Numbered from the stretch's first letter, positions 1 through 12,713 are shown. The stretch is 64,000 bases of DNA from Octopus sinensis (GCF_006345805.1 NC_043000.1:119908001-119972000); one strand, 5' to 3'. Notes: generated by a model from the letters alone, not told the origin. Numbers and translations are program-made.

Positions 1-205
1 ATATAGATTAACCAATGTACGTTGTATCATTATATGTTGTGCATATTTTTTTGTCTCTGTTCTTTGCTTCTTTATCCTTTCTGTTGAAGAGCGTATGCTC
101 AAAATATTGCAGACTTTTCCATTCTTTCTGAGCATTAAACTAATACACCTGCTTGTTGTTTATACACCTGTCTTTGTCTTTTGTTTTCTATAAATTTGAG
201 CAACT
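1..205 (+). mobile_element. Repeat family D, partial copy
   Basis: ctttctgttgaagagcgtatgctc...ctgagcattaaactaatacacctg. Confidence 0.65.
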
Positions 206-436
206 AATGTTCCACTGGCATGAGTGCCAATCAGGTGGTACTGTCATTGGCCATGTCAATGATTTTGATTTCGCTTTCACTTGTCTCAGTAGATCTTCAC
301 AAGCAAAGTTTATTGTACAATGAATGAGGAGTACTCATAAGTGGGCTGGTTACAAACCATGCTCAGATGTGCTTTTATCATTCCACTGGCACAAGTGCCA
401 ATCAGGCAGTACTGTTTATATATATATATATATAAC

Positions 437-648
437 GGGAAGCTTTATGAAAATAAACAAAAGACGAAGGCAGGTGGAGTACAAACAAACAATTGTATTA
501 GTATGGCGCTCAGGAATATAAATAAAACAAGTCTTTTATGTTTCGAGCCTACGCTCTTCAACAGAAAGATACACAGAAAAGAAACATGGAGAGAAACAAG
601 GAGAGAAAAAAATGCGTGCAGAATTTAGCGATTCAACATGGCGATCTG
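437..648 (-). mobile_element. Repeat family D (about 200 bp, TA-flanked, hammerhead-like core)
   Basis: Aligns with 1-205, 7537-7731, 8998-9198 and 16330-16487. Confidence 0.7.
532..569 (-). ncRNA. Minimal type I hammerhead-like motif in repeat family D
   Basis: TCTTT-CTGTTGA-A-GAGC-GTAG-GCTC-GAAAC-ATA-AAAGA: 5-bp helix I, 4-bp helix II; T at core position 6. Confidence 0.5.
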
Positions 649-671
649 ATATATATATATATATATATATA

Positions 672-1030
672 TCATCATCATCATCATCATCATCGTTTAG
701 CGTCCGTTTTCCATGCTAGCATGGGTTGGACGGTTCTACTGGGGTCTGTGAAGCCAGAAGGCTTCATCAGGCCCAGTCAAATCTGGCAGTGTTTCTACGG
801 CTGGATGCCCTTCCTAACGCCAACCACTCCGTGAGTGTAGTGGGTGCTTTTTACGTGCCACCCGCACTGGTGCCAGACAGAGCTGGCAAACGGCCACGAA
901 CGGATGGTGCTTTTTATGTGCCACCGGCACGAGGGCCAGGCGAGGCTGGCAACGGACACGAAACGGGGCGGTGCTGGCAACGGTCGCGAAACGGAAAGTT
1001 CTCTTACATGCAACCGGCACTGGTAACACA
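672..1030 (-). mobile_element. Short retroelement family C (RTE-like 3' end with (GAT)n tail)
   Basis: ggttggcgttaggaagggcatccagc...ccaacccatgctagcatggaaaacggacg.taaacgatgatgatg on the minus strand. Confidence 0.8.
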
Positions 1031-1563
1031 TCTGCAATTTCCATTGATCGATTTCCATTGATCGATTTCGATACATATATACATAATTAAAGAAATTGGA
1101 GTCAAGGAGAAGGAATATGATTGGCCATTTATTTATTATTCACTACAATTGTTGTATTTCCTCAGATGATATATGAGTGATGTCTCTGTTACTTTAAAAT
1201 CATTGACTTCAAGTTCATCTTCGCTGTTTGAATTTAATAGCAGCTGATATACCCATGGTATGTGCCGCGGGAACAGGTTTGTCAGACTGCTATGATTGGT
1301 AGTAGATGGTACTGGCTGGTATTTAAATTGGATTGGTCCTCTATTTGGCTGTATTTCTGATCTGTTCTTCATGGTTGGCTACACATGTTAATTTCTTAAG
1401 CTGACCTTTAGTATTCAGTGGTCAGGTACATAAGCACAGACTCACACATACACTTTGTATACAAACGTATGTATATATATATATTGTACTCTACCATGTT
1501 TCTAACTGAATATAACATAACTATATATGTGAGTGTGTGTGTGTGCATGCGTGTGTGTATATA

Positions 1564-1595
<32 letters not shown>

Positions 1596-2304
1596 ATATA
1601 TATACATATATATGCTGGCATTTTGTTATAAGTGTACATATATTTGAGTGCTTATATATGCATGCGGATACTTACAGACACACAGACGGAGACTCATAAA
1701 CATCCGCTCACGCATTATTACTTTCCGTCCTTCCGTTTCGTCGTACCCATTATTTTATTAACGAAATATACTTCTTCAAATATAATATTTAGTGGGAGGA
1801 CAAAATGTCACTTAGATTTATCATTTCAATCAGAATCTGTGGCTGGACGGGTCTCTCTACTACTAGACAGGACACACGAATACAAAAAAAAAAACCACAA
1901 AAAAACCACAAAATAAAGAAAAAATCAACAAAACTAAACTAGCTACTTCATATGGGTATTTATCATATCATACTAAGATTCCGTCTATATGACTCAAACG
2001 ATGAAACTGTTCTAGCTTGATGGTTCCTAAACCAATTTTGTTACTACTACTACTACTACTATCTTTTGTTTCACACTCTCTTGCTCTTTCTCTTTCTCTT
2101 CCCTTCCCTCCCTCCCTCCCCTACCTGTAATTTTCTCCTTCAATTGAAAATGTTCCCTATATTATAAATTAGCTTTTCTTTTAGTAACAGAAAAAAGAAA
2201 GAAGGAAAGAAAAAAAGAATGAAATGAAATTTTCTATCCTCTTCTTTTTCTGCGAACGAAAAATGTCTTCTTTTACATTTCTTATCTATTTACTTATTCA
2301 TCGC

Positions 2305-2361
<57 letters not shown>

Positions 2362-2455
2362 CATTATTATTATTATTATTATCATCATCATCATCATCAT
2401 CATTATTATTATTATTATTATTGTTATTATTATTATTATTATTGTTATTATTCAC

Positions 2456-2495
<40 letters not shown>

Positions 2496-2590
2496 CATTA
2501 TTATTATTATTATTATCATCATCATCATCATCATCATTTTATTATTATTATTATATTATTATTATTGTTATTATTCACTTATTATTATTA

Positions 2591-2641
<51 letters not shown>

Positions 2642-2642
2642 C

Positions 2643-2696
<54 letters not shown>

Positions 2697-2780
2697 GCTT
2701 ATTATTATTATTATTCACTTATTATTATTATTATTCACTTATTATTATTATTATTATATTATTATTATTATTATTATTAA
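2305..2780. repeat. Compound (ATT)n/(ATC)n microsatellite
   Basis: Direct reading. Confidence 0.98.
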
Positions 2781-5217
2781 GCTGTTTTTTAGGGTAAATT
2801 TATATATATATATGTTTATATGTTGTTTTCTATTTTTATTTATGAACAGTTGTCTTGTTGTCGTTGGCATTTTTTTTTTTTTTTGTTCAGTTTTATTTCT
2901 ACATTTAAAACCATTCAGAAAGTTGTTTAATGTTTTATTTCAACTGGTTATTTAAAAAAAGAAAAAAAGGAAAAAACAAAAACAATATTGTGTGTGTGTC
3001 TGTGTGTACCTGCGTGCGTGCTTGCATTTAAGCTTACTTTTCTTTTCTTCTCTTAGAATGTTCTGTTATTCCTATCCAGGATGGAATTGATAAATAGATT
3101 GAAAATTGTAATCTTTCATACTTTTTTTTCCTTCACTGAAATGTTGCATTTTTCCTTTTCTTATTTCTTCCATTTTTTAATTTTTTGCTTCCATTTTTGT
3201 TCTTTCTTTCTTTCTTTCACTTTTTCATTCATTCTTTCCTTTCTTCCTTCCTTCTCTCTTTCCTTCTCTCTCTCTTTCTTTCACTTTTCCTTTTGTTCTT
3301 TTTATCCTTTCATAGGTTTCCTGTCTTTCTTTCTTGTTTCTTTCTTCCTTTCTTTCACTCTTTCTATTTTTCTTTTGTTCTCTTTATCCTCTTTCCCTCT
3401 TTTCTTTCAATCCTTCTATCTTTCTGTCTGTCTGTGATATTTAGTCTTCCACAGTTCATTTGATAGATTTCAGTGTCTCTACCCCTCTCTCTTTTATTTC
3501 TTATATGTCTCATTCTGTAATTCCATAATTCCTCTTCAAATTAATGGATTTTATTCCATCCCAATGTTTTCCCTTATTTCCTCTTTTTCTTCTCCATTTA
3601 TATATTTTCTTCTTATCCTCAATATTATTTACCACATCCTCACTGCATGCATCCACCATAATTTCAGCCTACAACATTTCTCTCTTCTTATATGCTTTTG
3701 CCATATTTCCACTGAAATCTTAGACCACCACAGCAGAACATATTTATCATATTTTAACATGTATAAGGAACCCTTTTTTGTCAAAAATTAGGTTAAAAAA
3801 TATTAGAGTTTCTTATACATGGATAGCATTATAATCCCTTAGAAAGCCTTTTTTCCAAATTTTAAGTCCCCAAAATTAAGGGGTTCTTAATACATGTTAA
3901 AATATGGTATGTATCTTTGTGTTATTCTATATAATTTGCCTTTTTTTTAAATGTGAAAAAAACCCCCATCTAAATGACACATGAATGGGTGTGAGGTTAA
4001 GAAGCTTGTTTTGGTACTGTGTGGTTTTGGGTTCAATCTCACTGTGCAGCACTTTGGGCAAATATCTTCTACTATAGCCTCTCAATACCTTCCACAGGAC
4101 CACTGCCACCACTCTCAAATACTCCCTATTTGAAAGGGCTTTTACCTATTTTCTTGTTCGTGTTTTTTCTTGTCTTGCAAGTTACTTGGTAACCACACTG
4201 GTGCCAGGGGCATGAAAATCGCACCCATTACACTGTAGTGGGCATTACGAAGGGCATCCTGCTATAGAAAACATGCCAAAGTTGACATTGGCGCTTGATG
4301 AAGCCTTGTAGTTTGCCCGATTCTCTCAAACCATCCAACCCATGTCAGCATATAACACAAACGTTGAATGATGATAATGAGGTTGTTTATCATCATCATC
4401 ATCATCATTCTTTAATGTCTGCTTTTCATGCTAGCATGGGTTGAATGGTTTGACAGGTGGTGGCCAGGGGGAAGACTGCACCAGACTTCTGTGTCTGTTT
4501 TGGCATTGTTACTTTTTTTTTATGGCTCAATGCCCCTTCCTAACACCAACCACCCTGCAGAATGGAATGAGGTCTTTTTACATGGCTTGAACACAGGTGA
4601 GGTCAGTTTTAGCATGGTTTTTATGGCTGGGTGCCCTTCCAAATGCCAACCACTTTTACAATGTGGATTAGACACTTTTTATATGGCACCGGCACTGGCA
4701 GGGTTGCCAAGTAACTTGCAAGATAAAGATCTTTTGAGAGGGGGAAGGGGCATTGGAGGAAGTGATCTTGTGTCAGGTGATGAACTAAAACCTTGTGAGT
4801 GGATTTAGTAGATGGACACAGAAAGAAGCCCGTCATATATGTGTTTGTGTGTCCGTGTCTGTCCCTCAACATCGCTTGACAACTGATGGTGGTGTGTTTA
4901 CGTTCCCATAACTTAGCGGTTCGGCAAAAGAGACCGATAGAATAAGTACTAGGCTTACAAAGAATAAGTCCTGGGGTCAATTTCTTCGACTAAAGGCGGT
5001 GCTCCAGCATGGCCACAGTCAAGTGACTGAAACAAGTTAAAGAGAGAGTAAAGAAATAAGAATGAGGACATAATCAAATGAAATCCTTTCCCAGAACCAC
5101 ATTCCCCTGGAACAGTGATTCCCAACAGGGGTTCATAAAAGATGTTTTTTGTCAAAATTTATGTGTAAGAAATTGGCGATGCTTCTACAATACACCAAAC
5201 TGGTTATACTTCAATGA

Positions 5218-5455
5218 TATGGCGGCGAGCTGGCAGATACGTTAGCGCGCCAGGCGAAATGCTTAGCGGTATTTCATCTGTCGTTACGTTGTGAGTTCAA
5301 ATTCCGCCGAGATCGACTTTGCCTTTCATCCTTTCGGAGTCGATAAATAAAGTACCAGTTCCACACTGGGGATCGATGTAATCGACTTAATCCGTTTATC
5401 TGTCCTTGTTTGTCCCCTCTATGTTTAGCCCCTTGTGGGCAATAAAGAAATATAT
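5218..5455 (+). mobile_element. SINE family B
   Basis: Aligns end to end with 35147-35377. Confidence 0.85.
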
Positions 5456-5759
5456 ACTTCAATGATACCCAAAATATTATAACAATTTTTTTTAATACAG
5501 TTCCTAATACTATTTAGTTCTAAAAATATAATAGGCTTTTTTAAAACTGCAAATGGCTATTAGGGTCTACCTAAGTAAAATAGAAATCAATAGGGACCAT
5601 AGGTGAAGAATGGTTGAGAAACATTACTCTAGAACATTGCTCTGCTACAAGTAACTTGGATTTAATGCTAGGTGTGCCGCAGTGTGACCTGAATATGATC
5701 TTTTTCCCTATACTTTTAGCTATATTTTTAGTTCAGTTGAGCCACCGAATGAGTGGCTG

Positions 5760-6083
5760 TATGGTAAGGCGGCGAGCGGGCAGAAACATTGGCACGCCGG
5801 GGGAAATGCTTAGCAGGATTTCGTCTGCTGCTACGTTCTGGGTTCAAATTCTGCCTAGGTTGACTTTCCCTTTCATCCTTTCGTGGTCGATAAATTAAGT
5901 ACCAGTTATTTGCCACATCCTCACGGTATGCATCCACCATAATTCCAGCCTCCAACATTATCATTTCCCTCTTCTTATATGCTTTTGCCATATTTCGTCT
6001 GGGGTCGACGTAATCGAATTAATCCATTTGTCTGTCCTTGTTTGTCCCCTCTGTGTTTAGCCCCTTGTGGGTAGTAAAGAAAT
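5760..6083 (+). mobile_element. SINE family B interrupted by a 95-bp insert
   Basis: Head at 5765; insert at 5906-6001; tail resumes at ctggggtcgacg. Confidence 0.8.
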
Positions 6084-6385
6084 AGGTAAGTAGCTTGCTT
6101 ACCAACCACATGGTTCCAGGTTCAGTCCCACTGTGTGGCACCTTGGGCAAGTGTCTTCTACTATAGCCTCGGGCCAACCAAAGACTTGTGAGTGGATTTG
6201 GTAAATGGAAACTGAAAGAAGCCCGTTGTATATATGTATATATATGTGGGAATATGTTTGTGTGTCTGTGTTTGTCCCCCCCCCCCAACATCGCTTGACA
6301 ACCGATGGTTGTGTGTTTACATCCCTGTAACTTAGCAGTTTGTCTCTACACACAGCCAAATAACTGAAACAAAGAAAAGAATAAA
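6084..6385 (+). mobile_element. tRNA-derived SINE family A
   Basis: gcttgcttaccaaccacatggttcc.ggttcagtcccactg.gtggcaccttgggcaagtgtcttctactatagc..., (TA/TG)n linker, gacaaccgatg..gtgtttac body. Confidence 0.8.
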
Positions 6386-6903
6386 ATGTACCGCAAATGG
6401 AAAAAGCTCTAGAACTTTCATCCATTCTCCATATATCCTTGAAATAACCAGTAATCCACGCACAGTTAGTAGGTTAACATGATAATCTCACCTAGTTTTC
6501 TCTATCGCCATAATCTAGGAAGACTTGATAACGAATGAATATAAACAACAACAGCAAAAAATTGCTTGTTTTTCTGTCAGCCTAAAAATTTTTTTAAAAA
6601 TGGAATAAAAGAAAAATTTATAGATGTAAAGGAATTTTACTAGAAGCACATTTTTGAAATACAACTGTTTTACTTTTCAGCTTCCATAATAATAATTTCC
6701 TTGTTAATTTTTCAAGAAACTTATTTTAATATCATACTGTCAGTTAACATCACTTCAGCTTTTGCCGTAAGCAAGTCTAAATTTGTGATCTAAAATCCAA
6801 TTGTGTGTTGCAAAATGGCTAATCATACACTTCACTTGGGATTCAGTGAAAGATTCTCTGAAAAGAGAGAGAGAGAGAGAGAGACAGACAGAGAGAGAGA
6901 GAC

Positions 6904-6940
<37 letters not shown>

Positions 6941-7324
6941 TAAAGAAAGAAAACAACGAAAAAACAAAGACAAACATACCCCGCTTTCAAAAACCATACG
7001 CACATAGCCTGCATCCATTCCCCACCATACACAAATTGTTTTTTTCTTCTCTACCATGATGGAGTGGTGGCACAATTTCTAACTGTCATATTTTTTTGTT
7101 CAAATGCAAACATGGAGATGTTTGAGATTCTAAATAAAAACTACTTTTTATTTTTCGTTTTTTAACTTTCAAACAATTGTTTTCCCTGTTTCAATATATT
7201 TTATTTAAAAAAGAAAAAAAGTAAAAAGAAAAAAAATGACAAAGAAAAATTGCTGTAAATGAGGCCAAAAATATCTTCCACACTTTACATTTGAATGTAC
7301 TGAAAACATATGGGAGCACATATG

Positions 7325-7465
7325 GATATATATATATATACACACACACACACATATATATATATACACACACACACATATATATATATATACACACACA
7401 CACATATATATATATATACACACACACACATATATATATATACACACACACACATATATTCATAC

Positions 7466-7514
<49 letters not shown>

Positions 7515-7535
7515 TATACATATACATACACATAT
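7325..7535. repeat. (TA)n(CA)n compound microsatellite
   Basis: Direct reading. Confidence 0.98.
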
Positions 7536-7536
7536 A

Positions 7537-7727
7537 TTCGCCATGATAGATCGCTAGCCACTACACATTCTTTATTTTATCTCCTTGTTTCTTTTGGTGT
7601 TCTTTTCTGTGGAAGAGCACAGGCTCAAAACGTTAAAGACGTTTTCACTTCCCGAACATTAAACTAATACATCTGTTTGTTGTCTACACTACCTGTTGTC
7701 ACCTTTTTTTTTTTCTGTGAATTCTCT

Positions 7728-7731
<4 letters not shown>
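7537..7731 (+). mobile_element. Repeat family D
   Basis: tcgccatgatagatcg...ctgtggaagagcacaggctcaaaacgttaaaga...ctctcccta, between TA arrays. Confidence 0.7.
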
Positions 7732-7790
<59 letters not shown>

Positions 7791-7921
7791 CATACTTTCA
7801 TACATATATAGATGTTTTCCTAGGTTTCTTAACATGAAACCAATGGTGGCCTTAATTCACAATACAGAAATTATACCCACCAATGCGGTGTTGAGCACTC
7901 ATTCTTTTCATTTGACATTTA

Positions 7922-7977
<56 letters not shown>

Positions 7978-8678
7978 TACTGACTATCTTCACACTCTCC
8001 TGCTCCAGAAACCACTTTGTCTTTCTCTTTCCTCTTCTGCTTGCTTCAGGAATGTAACTGCTCATTGATTGTTGGTGAATTTTCCTTGTTTTTCCTTCTT
8101 TCTCTTTGGGCTTTTCTCTCTCTGATGAAGAGCTGTGTTCAAAATGTGTGTCAAATTAATATATTTCTTGTGCACATCCTCACATTTGTAGTTTTATTAT
8201 TTTCTCCGTTTTTTTAATTGTTTGTTCTTTGACTATATATATATATATATATATTAATAATGATCACTAAAGTGGATTCCTATACGCTAGAAATAGACGT
8301 TAAATCGACTTACCACAAAGAGTGTGTTCTCAAGAAAAAAAAAAAACTTCAGCAAATGCCAATATGTAAAAAATAAGCAAGGCAAATGAAAATTTACAAA
8401 ATCAAACGATTACCTACGTATCATAATTTCCTTATTAATACTTGCAAAATGTAAAATGCAAGATGCAAGTATCTGTAAATCCTCAGCGTAGTCTGTCATA
8501 TTTCAAAACATTCCACAGAACTATACACAGAAACGTTTTCTCGAAAGAAAACTCATGCACAGTTCTACAAAATATATTTGTTGTATTTTTCAAATGTCTT
8601 CATTTTGGTGTGCTAGTGCCAGACATAACCCTGCAGATAATAAATTACCACAGTTATTTACCGATTTAAGAACATTGC

Positions 8679-8995
8679 TATTTTAAATTAAAATACTGAG
8701 GGTAGAAATTGATATCAATCAGTTAACATCAATTTAAACCAGTGGTCTAGCATATTCAAAAAAGATTCGAAGATTAAAAAATTATATTACAATTAATTAG
8801 AGGAATGATCACTAAAGTGGATTCCTATACGCTAGAGATAGACATCAAATCACCTTACCACAAAGAGTGGTCATTCTTCTTATTAATTGTAATATAATTT
8901 TTAAATCTTCAGATTTTTTTGAATATGCTTAGACCACTGGTTTAAATTGATGTTAATTGATATCAATTCCTACCCTCATTATTTTTATTTAAAAT
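8679..8995. mobile_element. Foldback element: about 130-bp inverted arms with a 52-nt spacer
   Basis: 8679-8813 is the reverse complement of 8866-8995 with scattered mismatches; the spacer is repeated at about 8241-8320. Confidence 0.8.
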
Positions 8996-8997
8996 AT

Positions 8998-9198
8998 ATA
9001 TGATAGATCATTAGCCACTACACACATTTTTTTTCTCCTTGTTTCTCTCCTTGATTTTTTCTGTGTCCCTTTCTGTAGAAGAGTGTAGGCTCGAAATGTA
9101 AAATATTTTTTTTTATTCCTGAGCATTATACTAATTCATCTGTTTGTTTTGTACACCACCTGTCTTCGTCTTTTGTTTTTTTTCGTAAACTCTCCCTC
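8998..9198 (+). mobile_element. Repeat family D
   Basis: tgatagatcattagcc...ctgtagaagagtgtaggctcgaaatgta...aactctccct. Confidence 0.7.
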
Positions 9199-9231
<33 letters not shown>

Positions 9232-9331
9232 TATATATATTCTGAGGACTAATTCTCCCGCCTACAAATTTTGGCCTTGTGCCTATAGAAAAGATTATTA
9301 TTTCTTCATCTTCTTCTTCTCGCTGTTTCAG

Positions 9332-9495
9332 GTTCCTCTTCTATGGCTTCTATTTGTGGTGGCAGCCTTGCACTAATGGATGCCGGTGTACCAATTAAGG
9401 AAGCCGTGGCTGGAGTCGCAATGGGTCTTGTCACAAGGATAAATGAAGCAAAATCCAATGTGATTGAAGATTATAGGATCATGACAGATATTCTG
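9332..9495 (+). CDS. PNPT1: PNPT1 (mitochondrial polynucleotide phosphorylase) internal exon, RNase PH domain 2
   Basis: Pyrimidine tract then ttcag|GT TCC TCT TCT ATG; translates (G)[54 protein letters not shown], the conserved PNPase [29 protein letters not shown] motif; donor CTG|gtaaat; 164 nt, phase 1 to 0. Confidence 0.97.
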
Positions 9496-9893
9496 GTAAA
9501 TATGCAATGCTCACTTGTAAAAAAAAAAACAAAAAAAAATACATATTTTTCATGGTGTTTAGATAAAATATATTGTTACAAATTTTGGTTCATCAAATAA
9601 AATTCTTGTATAATGGAAGTATTTGCGAATGGAAGATGGAAATTGGATAGAAGAGTGAGCAAGTAGTGGTATTGATAGGTGGGTGTATTTGTAAGTGTGT
9701 GTGTATATTGTATAAAAGATTGTGGATGAGGCCAAAACAATGTGAAGTAAATGCAAGGTAAATCCCAAGAAAGCAAATATCTGAATTAATGTAGACTTAC
9801 CTTATATTCAATATTTCGGGGTTATGACCCCATTTTCTAGAGATTGAAATGTATTCTACACAATGCTTCATAGTAATTATTCCATTATAATAA

Positions 9894-9930
<37 letters not shown>

Positions 9931-10077
9931 TGCAGCATGGAAGGTGTTTATAAGCCATTTAAGAAACACACAAAACCGTTAGATTCACTTCAACATTTAA
10001 ATTTAATTAGTGAAAATATTTTCATCAAAATATGTTCGTCGCTTTAAGACTGTGACCTGTTCACTGACAAAGCTTCG

Positions 10078-10440
10078 TAGCTTGCTTACCAACCACATGG
10101 TTCCAGGTTCAGTCTCACTGTGTGGCACCTTGGGCAAGTGTCTTCTACTATAGCCTCGGGCTGACCAAAGCCTTGTGAGTGGATTTAGTAGATGGAAACT
10201 GAAAGAAGCCCATTGTATATATATATGTGTGTGTGTGCTTGTCTCCCCACCACCTTTTGACAACCGATGTTGGTGTGTTTGCATCCCTGTAACTTAGCGG
10301 TTCAGCAAAAGAAACTGAGAGAATAAGTAATAGGCTTACAAAGAATACATCGTAGAAGGAAGCGGTTGATCTGTCTGACTAAAGGTGGTGCTCCAGTATG
10401 GCTGCATGCAAATGACTAAAGCAAGTAAAAGAATAAGAGA
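10078..10440 (+). mobile_element. SINE family A
   Basis: Same head and body; tail ctaaaggtggtgctccagtatggc. Confidence 0.8.
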
Positions 10441-10984
10441 ACATACATACATACATACATATATATATATATATGTATATTTGTATTTTGGCTTATTTGG
10501 AAACTTCTCAGTGCTTCAAACAACACACACATGCACACACACGCAAGTGCACATTTGTGTGTGTCACAAAACACTTTGACAACTTGTGTTGGGTTGTTTA
10601 CACCTACCATAAGTACCAGGCACAAAAAAAGAAGCACCGGAGTTGATTTGTTCAATCAAAACCTTGAAGCCATGCCCCAGCATGGCCACAGTCCAATGAC
10701 TGGAGCAAATAAATCATAGAAGCTGTAAAAAAATACCAAGCTAAATATTACTATGTTTTGAAATAATAGAATTTAAGAATTGCTTTGAAGTTTGTCGTCA
10801 CATTTGGTCCTTTGTGGAATCAAATTTATGTAAATTATCTTTTTTTTTTTTTATATATATTTTTTAATGGTTCTTTGGTCTTGAAAGACCTCTGCATATT
10901 TCTGTGTTTTTGTTAGTGTGTCGGTCGTATGTTTGCGTTTGTGAGTAAATCTGTATTTGTATTTTAGTGGTTGTGTGGGTGATC

Positions 10985-11375
10985 ATGTGCAGCTGTGTCT
11001 GTGTACGTCTGTATAATTTTGAGTGTGTGTGTGTATGTGTCTATGTATATGCGCGCGTGCGCATGTATGTGTTTTAGTAGCTGTATGTGTGTTCATATTG
11101 CAGCTATGTCTGTGTATGTCTGTACAATTCTGAGTGTGTGTGTATTTTGGTGGTAGTATGTGTGTTCATATGCAGCTATATCTGTGTACGTCTGTATAAT
11201 TTTGAGTGTGTGTATTTGTGTGTGTATTTTAGTGGTGGTATGTGTGTTCATATTGCAGCTATGTCTGTGTATGTCTGTACAATTCTGAGTGTGTGTGTAT
11301 TTTGGTGGTAGTATGTGTGTTCATATGCAGCTATATCTATGTATGTCTGTATAATTTTGAATGTGTGTGTGTGTG
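10985..11375. repeat. Minisatellite with alternating 72- and 83-bp units (155-bp period)
   Basis: 11100-11171 is identical to 11255-11326. Confidence 0.9.
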
Positions 11376-12209
11376 TATTGTGTTTTGTTTATAGACATAT
11401 ATGTATGTTAGTCTGTAAGTATGTGTTTGCAGGTGTGTGGGGTGCATGTAAATTTGTGTGTATATGTATATAAATATATATATGTATGTATATATACTAT
11501 TGTATATATTTGTGAATGCATAATATGTATACACACACATATATACACACACGCACACACATATGTATGTGTGTGTGTGTGTATATACATATGATTTATT
11601 GAATTATTTTTTGTGTATACGTGTAAAGATGAAATATTTATATATGCATATATGTTTTTTTGCGTGTTTGTATATTGTTTATTATTATAGATAAATGTCT
11701 GTATATATATATATGTGTATGTACCTTTATGTTTACACACACACACATATATGTGTATATATATACACACACATATACGCACACATGCGGACCATGTACA
11801 AGAACAGTTATGTATATATTTTCATTATAAACACACACACGGACAAAGAACAATTCTGAATTGTAGATTGCATGCTAAATGTGCAGTGAAATATGACTAC
11901 TGCCACAGATACCACTTGTAAAGTTTTAGCAATGCGAAGACCATTTTGAAAAATGGTAGCCTGGATTCTATGATAAGAGCCATTATTCTTTCACTTCTTG
12001 CTGTATCTACAGTCTGATTATTTTAGTGACTCTCTGACCATCAAATTAACTTTTTCAACTTTATATCTTGTTTTATGGGAACAGGTTAAATTATTATTAT
12101 CCAAGATGCAGTTTCATAGTATTTTCCATTTTTCTCTTCCGTCTATCTCGAAAGAGTCTGTATGTGTGTTAGTAGCTGTGTATATGATGGTAAATGTTAT
12201 ATATGGTCC

Positions 12210-12433
12210 GTACTAGTATATGGTGTAGAAACATGGACATTGACGCAAACTCTATCTGACAAACTAGAAGCTTTTGAAATGTGGACGTTTACTCTCAGCT
12301 AATAAAAAGAGGAAGTTAAAGTACTTTGGTCACTTAGTAAGAGTACGAGGTATAAAAAAGTCTTTTACTAGAAGGAAAGATAAATGGCAAATGCTTGAGA
12401 AGTAGACCTAGAACAAATGGATTAAATAGCATT
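12210..12433 (+). mobile_element. Degenerate RTE/BovB-like LINE 3' coding fragment with internal deletion
   Basis: LVYGVETWTLTQTLSDKLEAFEMW, then after a gap K.KYFGHLVR...LLEGKINGK.LRSRPR, with frameshifts. Confidence 0.75.
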
Positions 12434-12445
12434 GACCCTGTTGGT

Positions 12446-12713
12446 GCTGGTTCCACGTGAAAAGCACCTCTGTTTGTGCCATGTGAAAAGCAATTGTGCT
12501 AGTACCAAGTAAAAAGCAACTGTGCTGGTACCATGTAAAAAGCAACTGTGCTGGTACCATGTAAAAAGCACCTCTGCTGGTACCATGTAAAAAGCAATCA
12601 TGCTGGTACCATGTAAAAAGCAATCATGCTGGTACCATGTAAAAAGCAACCATGCTGGTACATGTAAAAAGCAACCATGCTGGTAGCATGTAAAAAGCAA
12701 CCGTGCTGGTACC
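12446..12713. repeat. 26-bp minisatellite, about 10 units
   Basis: Unit gctggtaccatgtaaaaagcaa(c/t)cat. Confidence 0.95.

Noticed and set aside
1166-1257. Exon-shaped segment with good splice sites as the preceding PNPT1 exon
   Set aside because: Stops in all three frames and no similarity to FPFTIR...EVLESN; the preceding exon was not found in the window.
9496-9600. Read-through of ORF 9343-9600 past TDIL
   Set aside because: Homology ends at the GT donor at 9496; the ATG at 9343 is an internal Met.
12446-12713. Regularly spaced 26-bp repeats and the 66-bp arrays as CRISPR
   Set aside because: Units are contiguous tandem copies with no unique spacers, there are no cas genes, and the context is a eukaryotic intron.
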